A stretch of DNA of 64,000 nucleotides from Vicinamibacterales bacterium (GTDB taxonomy: Bacteria; Acidobacteriota; Vicinamibacteria; Vicinamibacterales; UBA8438). The stretch is taken from contig CBDANB010000007.1 of assembly GCA_965197395.1 (NCBI GenBank), forward strand, positions 953,355 through 1,017,354, written 5' to 3'. A program made the translations under genes and the position numbers. The notes under the pieces were generated by a model, which saw only the letters and a program-made list of their open reading frames with translations, had not been told where the DNA came from and made no database searches. Positions 62,128 to 64,000 of this stretch are shown one piece after another (the first letter of the stretch is position 1; the number at the start of each line of letters is the position of its first letter).

Positions 62128-62901
62128 TCATCTCCGGCTCTGGAGCGTGCGCAGGGAGAAGAATGACTCATCGACGTCGACGTCGAACTCCATCTCTTCG
62201 TAACGGAACGTCGTGCGCTCCTCCGGCTTGTCAGCGGGGCGCATGTTCATCAGCCTCGGCATCATGCGGCCACCGATGTTCTCGTACTCGCTCCACTCCA
62301 TCGAGCGGGCCAGCTCGCCGTCCTCGTCGTAGTAGAGGACGCTGGCGGGGAGCGCGTCGGCCTGGCGGATGATGTATTCGATACGTCCCCAGACGACGGC
62401 CGCATCGAACTTGGGCGTCAGCGTGACCTCCCACACGCGCGCGCCGTCGCGTTCCCCGTCGAACGTCAGCTCGATGTCGTAGTCGTCGACCAACCGGCTT
62501 TCCTGGATGAGATCGTCGTTCGTGAAATGCGACCCCATCCAGGAGCCGCCCATCATGGCGGCGGGCAGCTTGATGGTCCGGTCGACCTTCGGGAGGTAGT
62601 TCCAGATGTCGTCGTCCGCCATCAGCGTCGCGCTGCCCGCCTCCTTGGCGGGCGCGAGAATCCGGATCAGGGAATGGTCCTCGCCGAGCGACCACGACTC
62701 GATCGTCATCTCGCGCGACCAATGCTCGGTCACGATTTCCATCGTCGCGGTGCCGTGACTCGAGTCGCCGCGGTAGAGGTCCTGGACCTTGTTGATGATG
62801 TCGAGCGGGTCGGGCTGTGCCTGGGCCGAACCCGCCGTCGCCACGCACAGGAGCATGACGAGCACCGCTAGTCGGCGCGTCATTCGTTTACACGCTGCCA
62901 T
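62128..62901 (-). CDS. Outer-membrane lipoprotein-sorting (LolA-like) protein
   Basis: IWNYLPKVDRTIK..SWMGSHFTNDD. Confidence 0.85.
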   Translation of the reverse strand: MAACKRMTRRLAVLVMLLCVATAGSAQAQPDPLDIINKVQDLYRGDSSHGTATMEIVTEHWSREMTIESWSLGEDHSLIRILAPAKEAGSATLMADDDIWNYLPKVDRTIKLPAAMMGGSWMGSHFTNDDLIQESRLVDDYDIELTFDGERDGARVWEVTLTPKFDAAVVWGRIEYIIRQADALPASVLYYDEDGELARSMEWSEYENIGGRMMPRLMNMRPADKPEERTTFRYEEMEFDVDVDESFFSLRTLQSRR

Positions 62902-63638
62902 CGCTGTTCCCCTTTTGAATCGCGGTCACCGCGGTGACCGCTGTCGTTCGTGGATACGTCGAACCACTCCTGCAACTCCGCCGCATCGATCAAGACCAGC
63001 GACCCACTGGGTGCCCCCAACACGCGTTCAAGGGCGTCGATGTACGCGGTGAGCGTCCGCTGGATGAACTGCCAGTCGGCACTGCCGGATTCCGGCGTCG
63101 TCAGCTTTCGGCAGAGCGTGTCGTCGAGGTCCAGCAGGAGCCCGATCGCCACCCGGCCAACCTGTTCAGCGTCGCGCGCGGCGAGCACGCGTTCCTCGAT
63201 CCCCTGCTCGACGATCCGCCCGAGCAGCGGCGCGAGCTGCTCCGGTATTCTCGCGCGCAGTTTCTCGCGGACGATGGCGTTCTCGTCGGAGAACAACACC
63301 GGCAGCATCGCGAGCGCCAGCTCCCGCTGCTCCGTGCTCACGCGCACTATGGCGGCGAAAAACTGGCGGAGCTTGTCGAGCGTCGGGAGCGCGGCGTCGT
63401 TCACGCACCGGGTCAGTGGCCCGTCGAGGGCGTCCACCAGACGGACGAGGAGACCCTCGAGGAGCGCCTGCTTCGAATCGAAATAGTGGTAGAACGCCCC
63501 TTTCGACGTGCCGACATCGTCCAGCACGTCCTGGATCGTCATCCGTTCGTAGCCCTTCGTCTCAATCAGCCGCTGGGCGGCGTCCAGAAACGCCTCGCGT
63601 CGCTTGGCGTGCGCCGCCTCGTCAACGGTTCGTGGCAT
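62880..63638 (-). CDS. TetR/AcrR family regulator
   Basis: KGYERMTIQDVL..SKGAFYHYFDSK. Confidence 0.92.
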   Translation of the reverse strand: MPRTVDEAAHAKRREAFLDAAQRLIETKGYERMTIQDVLDDVGTSKGAFYHYFDSKQALLEGLLVRLVDALDGPLTRCVNDAALPTLDKLRQFFAAIVRVSTEQRELALAMLPVLFSDENAIVREKLRARIPEQLAPLLGRIVEQGIEERVLAARDAEQVGRVAIGLLLDLDDTLCRKLTTPESGSADWQFIQRTLTAYIDALERVLGAPSGSLVLIDAAELQEWFDVSTNDSGHRGDRDSKGEQRWQRVNE

Positions 63639-63652
63639 CGTGTCTTATAAAT

Positions 63653-64000
63653 GGGTCTAGTTTCCCAACGCCATTTTGGGGCCTTTCGGGGTTTTTCGTG
63701 GGTGATTTGATTGGAAAGGCCCTGTGGGAGCTCGTGGAAAACGCACAGCGTTTTCCAAGGCACGGTGGGCGCGTTCTGTGCGTCCACGGCGCCGTCAGCT
63801 TCCACAGGGCCCGTCCGTGCGCGACAAGATGGCTCCCAGGGAGGGGGCCCATGCGTGATGTCGAACTGGACCGCGCGTCCTCGGACTGCAGTCGACCGGC
63901 GAACAACTATGTTCGCGTCAACACCGTCGACCTGTACACGCCGAACGCTCGATTTACCCCGGAAAGACTGGGATATCAGGTGCTTACGCTATTTGGGAAA
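63653..64000 (+). mobile_element. MITE-B copy 3 (runs off window)
   Basis: Near-identical to 38940-39306 with a 5-bp deletion in the left repeat. Confidence 0.9.

Overview
High-GC bacterial window (gene content suggests Acidobacteriota, Vicinamibacteria-like; inference) under heavy mobile-element invasion and gene decay. Backbone: Dam-like methylase, VapBC, two PQQ dehydrogenases, an itaconate/C5-dicarboxylate-type cluster (acyl-CoA dehydrogenase, CaiB, MaoC, PrpD, CitE), an atypical HemN-like radical SAM gene with an in-frame His-rich upstream micro-ORF, M1 peptidase, CHASE hybrid kinase, infA, amidase and a Lol/FtsX-type ABC operon. Mobile content: four near-identical IS3 copies, one IS200-type element, a group II intron, an IS91-like fragment and two families of non-autonomous elements with 8-bp target duplications (7 copies, one nested in another). 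From ~29.3 to ~44.8 kb lies a decayed, tRNA-anchored, phage-satellite-like island (integrase, terminase, Mu-like protease/scaffold, AAA_25; no capsid or portal seen). Its core genes are all disrupted, while an intact HEPN gene sits between two synonymously diverged copies of the integrase 3' end. Product calls come from motif recognition by eye; no database searches were run.
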